A stretch of DNA of 64,000 nt from Camelus ferus (lineage: Eukaryota), in contig NC_045697.1 in assembly GCF_009834535.1 (NCBI RefSeq), positions 7,504,001 through 7,568,000 on the forward strand, read 5' to 3'. Below are positions 25,291-37,269 of the stretch, in pieces. Under the pieces are notes generated by a model. That model was not told where the DNA came from. It saw only the letters and a list, made by a program, of their open reading frames with translations, and ran no database searches. The position numbers and the translations under genes were made by a program. Every line of letters starts with the position of its first letter. The stretch's first letter is position 1.

Positions 25291-27540
25291 CTGTCTCCTT
25301 ACTGACACTTCCTTAAACTGCATGTGAGTCACAACACCACGAGTCAAAGTCTTCTCTGCTTCATTTCCAGGGTCACAGAGTAAGGACATGACCTCAGTAA
25401 AACACCTTCTGGCTTCAAGCTCATCACTCCTTCACCAGCCATGAAAGAGCCTTATTTACTCACTGGTATCATTCACTTCTCCTTTTCTGCTGTGTCACAG
25501 AACTGTTCTTGTGACAAAAGGAACATTGCAAGAAGTAGTTCCCCAAGTGCTTATTAAAGACACCGGAATAGTCTCAGAGCCCCTCAAGGGGCACAGATGT
25601 ACGCCGAGCTGAGGAGCCAGGCCAGCGCACGCGGGAACAGGGAGCTGGCCCAGAGCCAGAGCAGTCAAGTGTGGCACTTCCTGGAGAAGCTGGACACCGC
25701 ACGAGAAGGAGGAGGCGTTTTGGCAGTTTTTCGCCAACAGCCTTAACGTTATTTTGAACTTTTGCTCCAGCCGGTCTGTGGGGAGGAGATGATGAAAGCC
25801 TGCATTTGTTCATCCAGCTGCCTTTCTCCTTGTCTTCAGAGGTTCCTCTCTCTGAGGTGAGTCTTTCAGGCACTGACATAATGGTAGAGCTGACGGAGAT
25901 GGCAGTACCCTGGGCCACAGGGACAGAGCGAGCGCTCAGTCTGGGGAGGAGGGAGGATGGAGGGAGGGGTTCAGCACTCTGTACTTCCCGTCTGTACCCC
26001 AGTCAGCATAATACTTTTTTTGAGCAAAGCATTTGGAGCCCCTGGATGTACCCACTAACAGTATCTGTCAGTGTTCTTATAATCATTATTAAATACCGAA
26101 GGTACACCATGCATTTCTATGCTCAACTGTTAACTTGAAGATGCTTCAAAGTTGAGAATCACTATGGTCATTTACATACGAGGAAATGCAGGTGCAGAGG
26201 TTAAATAGCTCTTCTAGGCTCACAGGGCTAGGGAAAAAAAAAGACTGGCATTTTGATCTGATGTCCAGAAGTACTCTTGAATCCTGCCCAAATCAGATCA
26301 AAGGGGCAGCAGAAAGTGCAGGAGATTAAGAATTGGATAATAAGATTGGACAATAGGGAATTTTTGTTCCCCAAGGGTCAGGACTTTAACTGGGCTGGAC
26401 CATCAAATTCTCAATGAATTCATGAATTCATTCATTCATGAATGTTGCTGGGATATTGGCAACCCTTCTTCATCATCCGTAGTCCTAGCTTCTTCTCAGT
26501 GAAGGAGAAACGTGGCTTTCTCACATTTTCATGTTTGAGGACTTAATAATTACCGGCAATTTTCCGTATCTGCGATAATGCGCAGATTCTCCAGAAAGAG
26601 TGATCATGTATCTGTCATTCTTGACAGGGGCTTTCCTCTTCCCTGGCATTCTTATTTCTAGGGCATAAGGTCCTTAGACGGGGCTTTAATCCTCCCGTGT
26701 ATTAAAGGAAATGGTAGCACCAACGGAATTATTATGAGGAATCACACATGACAAAACATTTTAGAGAGTTTATTTAATACTAGGCACTGGTCTAAGGACT
26801 TTGTACTTTATAGTTCATTTGATTTACAGAACCCTTTGCAGCCGAGGCAAAGCAAAGATCAATAAATTCTCCAGAGACAAATTGCTGGCAAGCCCAGAGT
26901 TGATACTCAAAACTAAGAGTCTTTGTTTCTTGGAAATGTTGCCTCTTTGTAAGTAGAGACAATGCCTGTAAGGAGCGCTCACCTGGAGCCACTGCATGAG
27001 ATGGAACAGTTGTGACAACTCTGCTTTCCTCTGTGGGTGAACATCCAAGACTTGACCCAGAGATTGCTTGAAAATCGCTAGTTTTAGGCGTGTTTGCCAT
27101 TTCACCTTGTATATTTTAAATTGCTTGCTTTTTCTGAGCATCATTATTTTAAATTTAATTGTTCTTATCTGTAAAATAAAGTTAATAATACTGACAACAT
27201 AGTGATTGAATATTTTTAAGGATATTTTTAAGTCAAAATACCTTGGGGAAATATTTTATTAATAGTAGACTAAACATCAGTGACTTCTTGTTTGAGGTTA
27301 TAATTTCTAATTGTTCTCCCCATCATTGTAAAACCAAAATCAAGTCATGCCAATCCCTTCGCCAAAGGCCTTCATTTTTTTTTTAATAAATCACTGCAAC
27401 ACTCTCCACCTGCCACTCAAGCCCCTCCATGACCTGATTTCAAACTGCTTTTCAAATTCATGTTTATCATTTTTGCTCATCCACTGAATTCTAGCCTAAC
27501 TCCTGATATGTAATTTGCATGTTCCCTCTTCCTTATCTTT

Positions 27541-27687
27541 TTCTTTCTTTCTTTCTTTCTTTTTTGGTTGGGGGGAGGTAATTAGTTTTACTTACTTATT
27601 TACTTTTAGAGGAGGTGCTGGGGATTGAACCCATGACCTCATGCATGCTGAGCATGCGCTCTTCCACTTGAGCCATACACTCCCCCA
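27541..27687 (-). mobile_element. vic-1-like camelid tRNA-derived SINE, young
   Basis: Minus strand carries A-box tggctcaagtgg (27664-27675), B-box ggttcaatccc (27621-27631) and an A/AAAG tail. Exact 17-bp TSD ccctcttccttatcttt at 27524-27540 and 27688-27704. Confidence 0.9.
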
Positions 27688-27889
27688 CCCTCTTCCTTAT
27701 CTTTGATCACAGTTTTCTTTCCAACTGGATGGCTTTTCCTTTATTCCTCACGTGTCCAAGTTCAATACAGCATTACAAGTGAATGTGTGAATTCTACGGT
27801 CTGTCTAGGTCCAAATTCCAGCTCTGCTCCTCACTAGCTGTGCAATCGTGTTTCTGTCACTAGTATCTTCTAGCTTTAGTCCTGTGGTC

Positions 27890-28233
27890 TGTAGTCTGAT
27901 GTTTGTGTCCCTCTAAAACTCATAGGTTAAAATCTTAATGCTCTTGTGATGGTGTTAGGAGGTGGAGCCTTTGGGAGGTGATTAGATCGTGAGGGTAGAG
28001 CCCTCCTAACTGAGATTAGTGCCCTTACAAAAGGGACCCCACAGGGCTCCCTTGCCCCTCCCACCACGTGAAGACACAACCAGAAGTTTGGGACTCAGAA
28101 GAGGACTCACCTGACCATGCTGGCACCCTGGGTCAGACGTCCTCTTCCCAGAACTGCGAGAAATAAACACTCCTTGTTGATAAGCCACCTAATCTCTGGT
28201 ATTTTGTTACAACAGCCCAAGGTAGCTAAGTCA
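27890..28233 (+). mobile_element. MaLR solo LTR (MLT1A0-like)
   Basis: atgtttgtgtccctctaaaactcat...ggaggtggagcctttgggaggtgattag...tattttgttacaacagcccaa. Confidence 0.9.
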
Positions 28234-28544
28234 AGTGCCTGCACTTATACAACTAGGATCTGTTCACTGGGACTTTAAAAAATTAAATAACATTTATCTA
28301 GAGAACAGACTTAGAATATTGTTGTACACATGCCAGATTCTAGTTATTTCTACAGCAATAACAATTATAAGTAATCATTATTTGAAATCCAACACTTTCT
28401 CAATGAACCAGTTCCTGATAACCATTCTAGCATGATTGCTCCTTTTCAGAACATCTCACAGAATCTTCTGTATGGCTTTAATTTTTTTGGCACTGAGGAT
28501 TGGAGACTTCAGATACATTGCAGATGCATTCACATAGCCAGTAA

Positions 28545-29110
28545 ATTAATCAGTCAGTCAGCAATAGTCATTTAAGGGACATCTATTATGTAGCTGATAC
28601 TTTGAGCAATGAGGATGCTACAGAGATTAAGAGGGACAAAAATCCCTGCCTATTACTTAAAATGTACACTAGAGGACAGCCTCAAAAAGAAGGGACTATG
28701 GTTAACTTGGAAATAATGAGAAGCAGTTAGCTATGTGGAGATCTGTGAGAAGAACGTACAACACAGAAAGACAGCAAGTATTAATATTCTGAGTCAAAAA
28801 CCATCTTAGAATGTTTGAGAGAAAGAAAAAGTGGTTAGTGCAGTGGAATGCGGTGAGAAGGGTCAAGATTAGTGGGAAGTGGGCTAGGAGAGATAGAAAT
28901 GGGCAAGATCAAACATAGTGTTCCTGGTCATGGTGATGATTTTGGATTTTACTCCAATGGGAAGCCTTCAAAGGGCTTTATGTGGGAGAGAGAGAAACAT
29001 GGCTAGATTCACAGTGAGATGAAGACAGTGTGGCTAATGGGTGCAGAATGGCTTAGAGAATCCTGGATGGATGGATAGGCTACCACAGTGCTTCAGTTGC
29101 AGAATGACTA
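28545..29110 (-). mobile_element. L2 fragment
   Basis: acaaaaatccctgcc...gattttggattttactccaatgggaagcc. Confidence 0.7.
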
Positions 29111-29759
29111 TGCCTCCTAAGTTTTAATGTTAGATTTGACAAACACACAATTTTCCATTTCTTCTCCTAAATTGTAATGCAATATTTATTACTTGTCTAT
29201 TTGACCCCAGGCAACTAACATTTAATGTTGCTCATAGTAGGTATGAATACTTTTTTATACATGAAGTAATACATGATGAGAGAGTTGAAACTGGAAAATA
29301 CAGGTGGAAACAAGCAAGACACCTGCTCTATCTTAAGATCAAAATATTCAAGAGACAGAAGGAAAAACAAGCCACTCAGTAACTCTTAACTGCTTCTATT
29401 TTTATCATTGCAAAAAATTTATGCACATCAAACATGAAATGTGCTTGTCAGCAAATCTATCACATTTTCAACTTTTTCACAGAGCAGCTGATGTATAAAG
29501 CAGTTGGTCGTGTGCCACGAAGACTTTTAAATGACTGACTTTTGGCAAAGGCCAGGAAAATAATCACATGAACCCTGCTGTCTTCCAAAGATCAAGTCTG
29601 CTTCAAGCTAACTTTGAGAGAAAATTAAATATATAGCCAGAAATTCGATATTCTCTAAGAAGTCTAAATTTAGGTAGAAAATATTCTGGGGTGAAGATAC
29701 AGAAATCCACATTTTAACTCATTATATTTTCCCCCAAGTGTTCCTTTTTTTGTGTTCCT

Positions 29760-30160
29760 TGTTGCATGGTGGTTAAAAATGTAGTTTGGGAATCAGGGGT
29801 CTGAATGCCACTTAGCCACCGACTTGACCTTGGCCAAGTTAATTGGCTTTTCTGATCCTTAGGTTTCACAACGTGTACATAAAATTAGTAAAGTATTTGT
29901 TGTAGTAATAATAGCTAACATTTGTTCACTGTATACTCTGTTCCAGATGTCATCTCAATACTTTATATGTGTTAACTCTTTTTATAGTTACAACAATATT
30001 ATGAGGCAGCTCTAAAATTATACTCAATTTCAAAGATGAGAAAATCTTGGTACCGAGGCAGGAGGGAGAGGGGGTTACATCACGTGTCCAGGGCGTCACA
30101 CCTAGTAAGTGGCAGGATCTGAACTCAAAGCTGTGATTTATGGCTTAAGATCCTGAGATA
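29760..30160. mobile_element. Two MIRs in opposite orientations
   Basis: gaccttggccaagttaattggc (plus) and aatagctaacattt...gtcacacctagtaagtggcagga (minus). Confidence 0.7.
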
Positions 30161-30914
30161 TTCTCTGCTGACTAACCATGGCTCTTATTGGCTGTGATGT
30201 ACTGCTCCAGAAGGATGCAGACTATAAGTTTCTGGTACAGATTTAAGGCAGTCAGACCTGCCTGGTATAGAGCAAACACTTAATAGCTATTAGTTTTTAA
30301 TACACAAAGAATAAATGACATCTGTGTAGGCAAAGCAAAACCTTCATATATATGTATTAATTTATGTATATTAATTAATATATATATTAACAAATACTTG
30401 TTGAATACTTAATACATATCAGACATTGTTTTGAGTGCTTTGCTATATTAAAAAACAAAAGATATAAAGATGCTAGCTATGGCATGGCTAACATTCTAGT
30501 GAAGGAGGAAAGATCACACAGTAAATAATAATTATAATAAGAAATAAATTATATTATACGTTAGGATGCAATAAGAGCTATAGCAAAGACATAAAAAAAG
30601 AAGACTGGATAAAGACAATCTTGAATGCCAGGTTGGTGGTGGGTGAGTGTCAGTCTGAAGTTGTATATAGGGTAATTGAGGGCAGCCTCATCACCTGGAT
30701 GTGATTTGAGCAGAGGCTGATGAAGAGAAGAAAATTTGGGATTTAGAGACCCGTAGGATGAGTGTTCCAAGCAGAAGAATCAGCCGGGGCCAAGGCTCTA
30801 AGCATGGGTGTTGGAAGAAAAGAAAGCTGAGGTGTCTGAAGGGGAGAGAGCCAGGGGAGCAGTAGCTGGTGAAGCAGACGAGGTAATGGGGAGTCATGTA
30901 GAGTGTAAGCACTT

Positions 30915-30950
<36 letters not shown>

Positions 30951-30952
<2 letters not shown>

Positions 30953-32120
30953 GTAAAATTGACCCCTAAGCAAAACCACTCTATGGGGCCCTCCCAGGTA
31001 CAAAAGCCTTTCCACATGCCTAGTTTGTTGTTTGTAATAAAAAAGTTTCAGTCTCCTATGCTTTCCCTGAGTGCTAAAGGACAGATTCAAACAGTTACTA
31101 GTTAGAGGAGTGAAAGAATGCAGAAACAAAGGGAAGGCAGTCAAGAAACAATGGTGCATAAGTTCATTTGTATCATCTTTTTGATTTAGATTTTACTTAT
31201 AAGTAATATATGATATTTGTCTTTCTCTGTCTGACTTACTTCACTTAGTATGATAGTCTCTAGGCCCATTCATGTTGCTGCAAATGACATTATTCCATTC
31301 TTCTTTATGGCCGAGTAGCATTCCATTCCATATATCCATGTGATATACATGTCACATCTTCTTTATCCATTCATCAGATGAACTCATTTACAAAATAGAA
31401 GAAGACTCTCAGACATAGAAAACAAACTTATGGTCACCAAAGGGGAAAGGCAGGGAGGAATAAATCAGGAATTCAGGATTAATGTGTACAAGCTACTATA
31501 TATAAATAGGTAAATAACAAGGTCCTGCTGTAAAGCCCAGGGAACTAATTCAATATCTTATAATAACCTATAATGAAAAAGAATATATATATGTATATAT
31601 ATATATAAAACTGAATCACCACACTGTACATGAGAAACACAAAATAAATTAACTACACTTCAATAAAAAAAGAACTAAAATTAAAAAAGTAAGAAACAGT
31701 GGTAGAGCATAAAGCAGGGTCCCGTTTCTCCACAAAGGATATCCGTAACAAGCTGATACAAATCTCTGAGTTCTTCTACCAGAACTAAGGCCCCACTCAG
31801 GTGGAGGATGGTAACTTCAGGCTGAGTACAAGCAGTGGACCCAAAACTGGCTGGAACCAGAAGGCTGATGATAGAGATTCCTGGAGCACCAACCTATTAC
31901 CTCCCGGTCAACCTATCAGAGCACCCTCTAGACCTCCCTGCAAATGCTGTCTATACAAACTCCTCCCTGAAAGCCATCAGGGACGTTGGGTCTTCTGAGC
32001 ACAAGCATCCCGTTCTCCTTGCTTGGCATTGCAATAAACCTTTCTTTGCTCCAAATGCCAACATTTTGGTTTGTTTGACCTAATTATGAGTCAGGCACAT
32101 GAACGTGGGTTCAGCTATAA
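30951..32120 (+). mobile_element. ERV1-like solo LTR, itself interrupted by an L1
   Basis: LTR-like U3/R/U5 sequence with gcaataaacctttctttgctccaa poly(A) signal. Continuity gtcaagaaacaatggt | agagcataaagcaggg across the L1. Confidence 0.7.
31156..31690 (+). mobile_element. 5'-truncated, 5'-inverted L1 (Cetartiodactyla-type 3' end)
   Basis: 31157-31375 is antisense L1 (ORF2 end and 3'UTR start). 31377-31690 is sense 3'UTR with an A-tail. TSD aagaaaca(a/g)tggt at 31143-31155 and 31691-31703. Confidence 0.9.
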
Positions 32121-32589
32121 AATGAGAAGCCATTGTACGTTTTTGAGCAAAGAAATGGCACAATCTGACTGTTTAATTACTTTGGCTGCTGTGCTGAAGA
32201 ATGGGTTGCTAGGGGGGCAAGAGTGAAAGCCGGGAGGACAATTAGATCCGTGTTGCAGTGATCCACCGAGAGATGATGGTGGTGGTGGCTCAGACCAAAG
32301 AACCAGCAGTGGAGGAAGTGACAATGGCAGAGTTCTGGATGTGTTTGGAGTATAGCGCCAAGAGGAATTCCTGGAGAACTGAATATGAGGTGAGAAACTG
32401 GAGTCAGTGGTGACACTGAGGGTTTTGCCCTGAGCATCTGCAGCTAAGGAATTGTCATCAGCTGAGACGGGAAAGATGATGAGTGGATCAGATCTTGGGG
32501 GACCCCTGATCTTTTTCTTTCCACACCGTATCTAATTGGTCACAATCCATACAAATAAGAAACTAACAATAACAACCAAATTAATAAAA

Positions 32590-32820
32590 AGCATCTAACA
32601 TTTACTTAAAGCACATTATGCTCCTTTCCTTTGCTAAGCACTTTACCTGTATGATCTCACTCAATGCTGATAATACACCACATGGTTTTATTATCTGCAT
32701 GTTTACAGATAAAGGAAACTAAGGCCAGTAAGACAAAGAAAACTTGCTCAAGGTGACAGGCATTTTATAACAAAACTGGGATGTAACATCAAACATTTCA
32801 GTTCCACAGTCTGAAATCTT
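32590..32820 (-). mobile_element. MIR
   Basis: ctaagcactttacctgtatgatctca...tttacagataaaggaaactaagg...acttgctcaaggtgaca. Confidence 0.75.
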
Positions 32821-33089
32821 GACAGCTATGGTGAATAAATATGCATCTATAATTCTCTTACATGTTTCTACATTTCTTCTGCTATTGTTTTGGCTCTTAC
32901 CCCTTCATCATTCTAAAGCAAGTGTTTCAAATCTGACGTTCCTTTCTGATAGCCCTGCCTCTTATTTTGCCATTCTGCATATAACTAAAACAGAGATCTT
33001 TATAGAAACTTCTAAATTAATTACATCATTCCTTCACTGAAATCCTTCGATGCTTCCATATTATCCACAGAATAAAACAGAATTGCCTC

Positions 33090-33820
33090 AACAATTTACT
33101 CAGACTCGGTGGTGGGCCCAGTCAGTTGCTCATATAACAATCAGCCCTTCCCATCCTTGGGAAGAGCACCTTCATTGTGGCAATGTGCCCAGGCCCAGGG
33201 AAATAAGCTCAATCGGTCAATGATAGTCACGGTTATTGCATAAGTAGTTACCTGTGACTAGACTGGGGGTGAGCATGGAACTCCCCTCTTACTAATGAAA
33301 CAAGTCGTCCAATAAAATACATGGTGCCCAATTAAACTCTAATTTCAGATAAATAGCCAGCTATTTTTTTGTGTATGTTCCAAATAATATACTAAACATT
33401 GTTTATTGCTTATCTGAAATTCATATTTAATGATCTTGTGTTTTTATTTTCCAAATTTGGCAACTGTAAACAAAAGGAGAAATCTACTGGAGGCCCATGG
33501 AAATACTCTGTCTCCCCTAGAAAAATAAAAGGAGAGCTTGAAGAGATGGTCCGTTTACTCCCACTCTTGCCCTCCGCATATGGACATGGTTCTGGGGCAC
33601 TCTAATGATGCTTGTTGCTATGGTAGCCATCTAACCATCTTGCAATAATGAGGGAAAAGCCAAGAGAACGTCAAACATTCGAACCCAGTGCCCTAGTGTC
33701 TTTGAGCCATTGAACCAGATCTGAAGCTACTTCCTTCCAGACACTAATTAGAAGCTCCTGTTACTTACAGCCCTACTAGGTTAGCTGTCTGTTACTTGCC
33801 ACTGACGGCATCTTATGTGA
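33090..33820 (+). mobile_element. Old MaLR LTR (MLT1J/K-like) interrupted by MER53
   Basis: gctatggtagccatct...tgagggaaaagccaagaga...gagccattgaacca...ctgttacttgc. Confidence 0.55.
33305..33467. mobile_element. MER53 palindromic hAT MITE
   Basis: Inverted arms aatttcagataa (33341-33352) and ttatctgaaatt (33410-33421); terminal aaatttggcaac. Confidence 0.75.
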
Positions 33821-34069
33821 TGAAGGCAGTTGATGATCTAGCCTCTATTTATTTCTTAGTACTTTCACCGTCACCAGCGATGGGAGTGTACCTTCTAGTC
33901 TTTTCAAATTATCTGTAGTCACCAAACATGTTATGTTCATGCATCTGTATTTTTATAAATTATATTTATAAAATTATATTTTCCTCTCCTGACCTATATA
34001 TTGATCCCTCTGATCATCTGCCACCTGTCACTCATTCTTTAAGTTTATAATCAAAAGTTATTTTTCATT

Positions 34070-35280
34070 AATGTATTTATTTACTCACAAGCCTATTAAC
34101 TCAACCAACACATATTTAGTGCACAGATACAATGGTTTAGTCAGTGTGATAAGTATTAAGAAAAAATAGTGAACAATATAAACACTGTTTTTTGCCCTCA
34201 GTTAGCTCACGGTCCGGTGGAACACCCAGACTTCAGATAAACAATTACGCCATGATTTACTTAAGCTCAATGGTGAAAAGTGTTAAAATAGAAAAATGCA
34301 GCACGTAAGAGAACAAATCAGGGTAAACTCAAAGGGTGTAAGAAGAAGAGCTATTTGTGTGAATATGTTAAGGGAAGTGAGGCTTTGCCCCAAGCCAAGG
34401 AATGGAGACTGGAAAAGACACAGAAGTGATGTCTCCCCTTTCTCCTCCAGAAAGAACACAGCCCAGCCAATATCTTATTTTCAGCTACCTGAGACCCATT
34501 CCAAATATTTGTACTCCCAAACTGTAAGATAATACATTTGTGTTGTTTTGAGTTTGTAGTCATTTGTTACAGCAGCAATAAGACACTAATACGCATGGGT
34601 ATGAGCTAAGTCAATTGCACAAGGGTCATAGTCCCCATAGGACTATGGGGAAGAATGGGGAGATGTCGAACCTATCCACTGAACCCAACAAATCCTTCAT
34701 AAGGCTTAAAGCAGAGATGACATGATTGGGGGTCTTATTAAAAGGTCTATTTTGTCTGGTGGATAGAAAATGGATTAGAAGATCACAAGAGTGGATCCTG
34801 GTAGACCTGTTACAAAAGTACTAGGGTGGTCCATGCCAGAAGTGATGATGACAGGACCAAGGTGAAGCAGTGGTGACAGAGAGAAGCAGTCCCCATGAAA
34901 GCTATTTAAGGACTACTAGAGAATGGATGTGGATGTGTGGTATAATGGAGAGGAAGGTACTATTTTTGACTCCCTGTTTTCTGCTTTAAACAAATAGGTG
35001 GATGGAATTACTATTTGAAGAAAGAGAAAACTGCTTAGAACCAGATCTAGCTTAGAGGTTTAGGGGAGACCATGAGATAAATTCTATTAATTTTGATGAA
35101 GCTGGGAAATAGCCTAGGGAAAAATGTTCTACGGGTACCTTGTAAGTGGGTTTGGACTTTGAAGAGCAATCAAGTCTAGGGACTTAAATTTGGCAAAGAG
35201 ATGGCAATTTAGACCATGGGAGTGGACAGTAACAGCTATGAAGAGAATACAGTGCGAGAAGAATCTCAAGATTGCACACA
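34070..35280 (-). mobile_element. L2 fragments interrupted by a partial MLT1 LTR (about 34350-34595, plus strand)
   Basis: L2 motifs tttgccctcagttagctcacggtc and ggcttaaagcagagatgacatgatt. MLT1 end aactgtaagataatacatttgtgttg...tttgttacagcagcaataagacactaatac. Confidence 0.7.
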
Positions 35281-35492
35281 TCAGCATTTAAAAGTTGTGT
35301 AGAGCAAATCCAGACTGCTGCTGGTTTTATAAATAAAACTGTACTGACACACAGCGACACTTTCTTTAGATCTTGTTGACGGCTGCTTCTGCCCTACAAG
35401 GGAAGAACTGAGTAGCTCAGCAGTGACCCTGTATAGTCCACAAAACCTAAAATGTTTATCTGACCATTTACAGAAAAATTTGCCAAACATTG
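35280..35492 (+). mobile_element. MER58A MITE
   Basis: ttttataaataaaactgtactgacacacagc...cacaaaacctaaaatgtttatctgaccatttacagaaaaatttgccaa. Confidence 0.8.
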
Positions 35493-36769
35493 ATGATGAG
35501 GAGTAAATAAAGAGAATTTAGAAAAATTCAGTGATAAAATAAAACCCCTTTGTAACTACTTCACTGATATCTACTTCAGAATCAATTGTTCCCCCTTCCC
35601 CATTGCCTTGTTCTGACTTCTTTTCAGATACCACCAGTATTTGTCAGTTTATTCTAATTATCCTGTTACTCATCTGTCTCCTCTAATGGACCATGAGTTC
35701 CTTGGGGGGCAGAGATGGTATCGTCTTTACATCTGAATCTGCAGAGCCGAACACAGTGCCCACGTCGCATGGTAGGTGTCTTGGCCACGTCTGCCTACTG
35801 AATGAATTCACGCAGCAAGGTTAGTCATAATAAATCAATAAATCCTTATTTATTCAAGGATTTTAGGAAGCATACCTTTCTTAACTGATAGCAAGAGAGA
35901 ATTTAGTGGGGCTCAGGTCCAGTGTTGGTAAAATAAGATAAAGTTTCCAGCTGCTACAAACCATTTGTTTAGTAATAATAAAGAAAGATTTCACAGGCAT
36001 TCTCCTGATTGTGTGTGATTGCTTTCATCTCCAAAGCCTGCCCCCTGGTCAGTTGGTGAAGAATTCAGGCTTTTGGAAAACTGTCCAACCCTGAAGGAAG
36101 GATTTGGGCATTTTTCCCAGGAAAACATTTTCTGAAGAAATATAAAGACTTTTAAAGGTAAAAAAAAAAAAATTATGCAGAAGTGGAATAATATTTTGAA
36201 TGTTATAGTTATAATTAATATTTTTATCAGAAATGTGTGAAGTTAACACTCAAAATATAGAAATGTGTGAGTTAGGATTCAACAGAAGTAACTTGCTTAA
36301 AATTTAAATGACACAAGATGTATGTTTTATGCAGGTGCACTTACTTGGCATCAACATGCAACAGATATTTTTGGAAATATTCACTTTCCAAATTTTTTTT
36401 CTTTCCATTAAAAAAAAAAAAACCTTCATCTTTGAATTTGTTTTAGTGAGTGAACTCTCTGTTGCTGGAAAAGTGAGATTAGATCCATTCCACATGATTT
36501 GCATGCAACTTTTCACAAACATGGTGAAATGGTCCAGTCACACCAGATGTCCCTGGATATAAGTAAGAAACAGTTCCCTAGAATAATTTTTCTTTTTTAA
36601 ATTATTTTTCCAGGATTGATTTTGTATTAGTTCCTGCAGAAGTCCATCACTGAGTATGAAATCTGAGATAAGCTGTCTGTCACATCCCTCTAGCCACTGT
36701 TCCTATGTCCCCATTGCACACTGTGAGTTTCCTTATCATTGCGTATATATAATTCCCTTCTATTACTCT

Positions 36770-37260
36770 CTGCATTTGTTGTTTACATTGCTGCACAACT
36801 GTTGCATAACAACCTCAAACACTCATTGGCTTGGAGCAGTAACCATTTACTTAGCTCACAATCTGTAGGGTTTATCTCAGCTGCACAGGACTCACTCATG
36901 CTTTGTGGTCAGTTTCAGGCAGGCTAAGAGGCTGTGCTGGTCTTGGCCTGGGACTGGTTGACCACCTGTCAGCTGGTTGAGGATGACCTTTGTCTGAAAA
37001 CTGGAATAACTCAGCTTCCTCCTGTTCCTGGCGTTTCATCTTCTGACATGGGCAGACAGTCTCAGACATGTTCTCTTGTCCCTGGCAGAAGACTGAGAAA
37101 GAGTAAGCCCTACCAGGAAAACACTTTTCAAGTTTTTCGTTGCATCACATTTTAAAGACTCTTTGGCCAAGCTAATGACATGGCTGAATCTAGAGTCAAG
37201 GTTAGAGCAGCTGCACCCATGGGCACCACAAGGCTCCATTAATGATGAGGCCATCAATGA
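36770..37260 (-). mobile_element. MaLR LTR (MLT1G/H-like)
   Basis: gttgcataacaacctcaaac...catttacttagctcacaatctgtagg...ttggccaagctaatgacatggct. Confidence 0.65.
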
Positions 37261-37269
37261 CAGAGGAGG

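Larger units (their letters stand above)
30380..32500 (-). mobile_element. L2 split by an LTR insertion (L2 parts at 30380-30920 and 32120-32500)
   Basis: L2 sequence gtaagcactttggct resumes after the insertion as aatgagaagccattg...gagcaaagaaatggcacaatctgac. Confidence 0.8.

Noticed and set aside
25495..26138. Overlapping ORFs in the GC-rich patch as a possible exon
   Set aside because: No recognisable protein and no convincing splice-site pair; higher GC lengthens ORFs.
27600..27687. tRNA gene
   Set aside because: The tRNA-like head has a tail and TSD, which identifies it as a SINE.
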